Made by a program: the position numbers and the translations under genes. Below are positions 61,601-64,000 of a DNA stretch of 64,000 bases, piece by piece. The notes under the pieces are model-generated. The model saw nothing but the letters and a program-made list of their open reading frames with translations. It had not been told where the DNA came from and searched no databases. How positions within the stretch are numbered: position 1 is the first letter of the stretch; every line of letters starts with the position of its first letter. Origin of the DNA: Blepharisma stoltei ATCC 30299 (taxonomy: Eukaryota > Protista > Ciliophora); NCBI GenBank assembly GCA_965603825.1, contig CBFDEM010000047.1:620001-684000 (forward strand), given 5' to 3'.

Positions 61601-62906
61601 GAGTTATTGTGATCACTCAGCTGTGGTAACAGAAAACATAATACCTGTTTATAATCAAGGTCATCCAAATTTTGTGTCTTTTTCAAATCTTTATGACTTT
61701 GTTTCTGAGGTACTTAAACATGTATTTTTTATATAGGGCAATGCAATTGTAAACGCAATGGACTCAGGAGAAGACTATATTTATGATGAATTTTTTATAA
61801 TAGACAATGGAATAGGAGGAGCATCAGTTATGCTAAATTATACTTTTGAAGGCCTCATTAGCTGTGAAATCGAAAAATTAGACACCAATGAAAGCGGAAC
61901 AAAAATTTGTGTTTATATGGGTCTGCTATTTTTATGTATTCTTGGCTCAATCCTTATTTTCTTCTCTTTCAAGCTCGATAAGAAATATGATGCATTATGA
62001 AGCTATATACAAAATCAGGCAAATTCTGCATATATCGAGCTTTACCAATCCTCTCTAAATAGACTGTCTACTTATCATAATTATTGTTCAGAACAAGACG
62101 AAATTGAAATTCGAAAGAAGAAGAAAAAAATAAAGCCGAATGGTTTTAAAACAAAAATTTACATAAAGTTTATAGGACTTTGTGCAATTATTGTAGTATT
62201 GACGTCAGTTTATTATTTTGTGGTTGGGTATATATTTTATCCTTTATGCAAAGAAAATCTGGTTAAGCGCTATATTTTGCTTGGGGCTTTTTTGCATAGA
62301 ATTTCTGTAGTTTCTGAGATGACATACTGGACTAGTGAATTAGCCTTCCATGGTGATGATTCTTTTAGAACAAATTCCGGCTTAGAATATCCATTTTCCG
62401 ACCCTGACACTATGTTTGGCGACTCAATCTTTCGATTTAACCTTTTAAGCAAAATTATTATTGATCCATCCTATAGAAACATGTACTCAAAGACCCTAAA
62501 ATGAAAATTTTTTGAAGGGAATTCAAAAGACGTTGACTCAATTTTTGCACAAGGGACTTATGCAGCTTCAAATGCGCTGGTTTTTGATGCATCGTTTATG
62601 TCTTTTTCTAATGCCGATAATTTAGACTTAAGGATGACGAAATTTATACAAAGAATGAGTTCTCTTCAAGGATCAATTCAAGAGAGAACTATAGTTGTAG
62701 ACCATGATTCAAGGTTTTATGTCGAAAATCAGTTCAATTCTTTTTTCTTTATTACTATTTGGTATTGCGGGTTTTGCTTGGTTTTATTTTTGTGCTTGTA
62801 TTCGCCTATGATAAATAGAGAAAAAAGAAAATTGAATAAATTGCAGGAAATATCAGCATTGATACCTCCTTCTTTAGATAATAAAAATAAAAGCAATAAT
62901 AAATAA
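58656..62906 (+). CDS. ~1406-aa PAS-domain multi-pass membrane protein (TmcB/TmcC-like architecture)
   Basis: Eight track ORFs in one frame joined by TGA codons and 15-nt introns. N-terminal TMs with PYYNSIEN; helical region ELYGSLLMDILRD; PAS GIVVYANSCAGQILSQPANHIIGSKLSNYIPDPFSRNHDEYL; C-terminal TMs. Confidence 0.82.
61326..61340 (+). other. Probable 15-nt in-frame intron GTAAGGCTCATGCAG
   Basis: GTA..AG with A at position 10; removal deletes VRLMQ from the middle of a TM helix (WILFFS|TLAIISM). Confidence 0.6.
61722..61736 (+). other. 15-nt intron GTATTTTTTATATAG
   Basis: Its terminal TAG is in frame; removal joins LKH|GNAIVNAM. Confidence 0.88.
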
Positions 62907-63409
62907 CGAAAAAATAGAAAATCATAAAATTAGATCATGGGACACTTTTAGTAAGCCCTTTCATTCAGTTCACATGTGCAAGCTGCAAAAAATTGTAAGA
63001 CAACCTCAATCTATAAATAGGTATAATAATAGAGATATATAGACTTAACGATTGTTTTTATTTTAAAAGAGAATGCATTATACCCTTATACCAATTGTTT
63101 AAAAACAACTTCTTTGTAATCATAATTTTGATAGATAAATATTAGGCAATTTCATATTAGAATGCTCTCATTTATTATGTTTGTAAAATTTTTATATTAA
63201 GTAAATTTAGATAAAATTTTATATGTATTTAAAATTGATTAACTTTAGATATAGTCTATTTTCTAATAAAAAATATGATGCAAGCTGCTTAAGGCAATAA
63301 ATGAAAATTCATAGTTAAGAAAATTAAAAACAGTTTCTTCTCATATGAAGCTTAATAAAATTGATAGCTTATAAATAAATTTGTTCCTTAATAAAATACT
63401 GATTTAATT

Positions 63410-63988
63410 ATGGCTGAAGAAATGAATGATGGGCTTGCTCTTCGAACTAATTCATTTGAAAACTCACATTCTTTTGCCAATTTTGCATTAAAAATAGTAA
63501 AAGAGTCTATATTTGGAGGATTTTGTTGTCTTTCTATAGCAAAAAAAAAGACTGTCTACAATCTATCCATACAAAAATTTGTGAAAATCTTGAAAAGTAT
63601 AATTATTTTTTTACAAATATCTCGGCTAAATTGAAAAATTGATGCAGACCCAGAAAATCAAAAGCTAGAGCATTGGAAAATCCTTGGATATGCGAGCTTT
63701 GACCAAATTTTTGTTGATTTTGGAAATTTAAGCCTTTGTTTTATAGGATTTTCTATTATAGTATGGATATGTACACTGTTTATTGTAATTTTTTCACTTA
63801 TGAGCCACTATAAGAAAAATATAAGCGAATATTTAACTTTTTTCCCAAAATTGCTGGTTATATTTTTGGCAACAATAGGATATATTCCTTTCCTATTGAT
63901 TTTTTTACTAACAATAAAATATTCAGTTAAGGATCAAAATATAGTCGAGGAGTTTTGAAAATGTGAGAACTGCAATTTAAATTTATAG
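63410..63988 (+). pseudogene. Paralogue of the PAS-TM gene N-terminus, ending at a premature TAG (192 aa)
   Basis: Colinear with 58656-59230 (KESIFGGF, FLQISRLNW, GYASFDQI, CENCNLN). The in-frame TAG at 63986-63988 is not inside a 15-nt GT-AG intron. Confidence 0.55.
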
Positions 63989-64000
63989 GAGTTTTCCTAT

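Overview
AT-rich, gene-dense eukaryotic DNA that is best explained as the macronuclear genome of a heterotrich ciliate, most likely Blepharisma. Two signatures point there: in-frame TGA is read as Trp (e.g. Rab2 'QI-TGA-DTAG', and TGA/TGG swaps between paralogues) while genes end in TAA/TAG, and spliceosomal introns are only 15 nt (GTA...AG, with A at position 10). The supplied standard-code ORF track therefore fragments most genes, so I rebuilt the models by hand with UGA=Trp. Conserved genes include TBCD (partial), a Venus-flytrap multi-TM receptor, Rab2, NC2-alpha/DRAP1, a double claudin-like protein, a B-box/OHA/LOTUS protein, an ATG13-like protein, three ABCG half-transporters, a divergent cyclin, two tandem ADP-ribosylglycohydrolases, a C2-repeat protein, a PH plus permuted NlpC/P60 protein, a hybrid histidine kinase whose phospho-His is replaced by Asp, and a large PAS multi-TM protein followed by a truncated paralogue. 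The most striking feature is a ~21-kb array (31.97-53.0 kb) of 13 intact genes and 1 remnant encoding 82-118-aa microproteins. All intact members start MGxC (predicted myristoylation plus palmitoylation) and share the motif K-A-x-x-A-P-x-L-x-[IL]-x-x-[NS]-x-L-Y-x-[KR]-R before a variable, often Ser/Thr-rich tail. Several members are invisible or truncated in the standard-code track. All calls come from manual translation and motif recognition; no database search was run.
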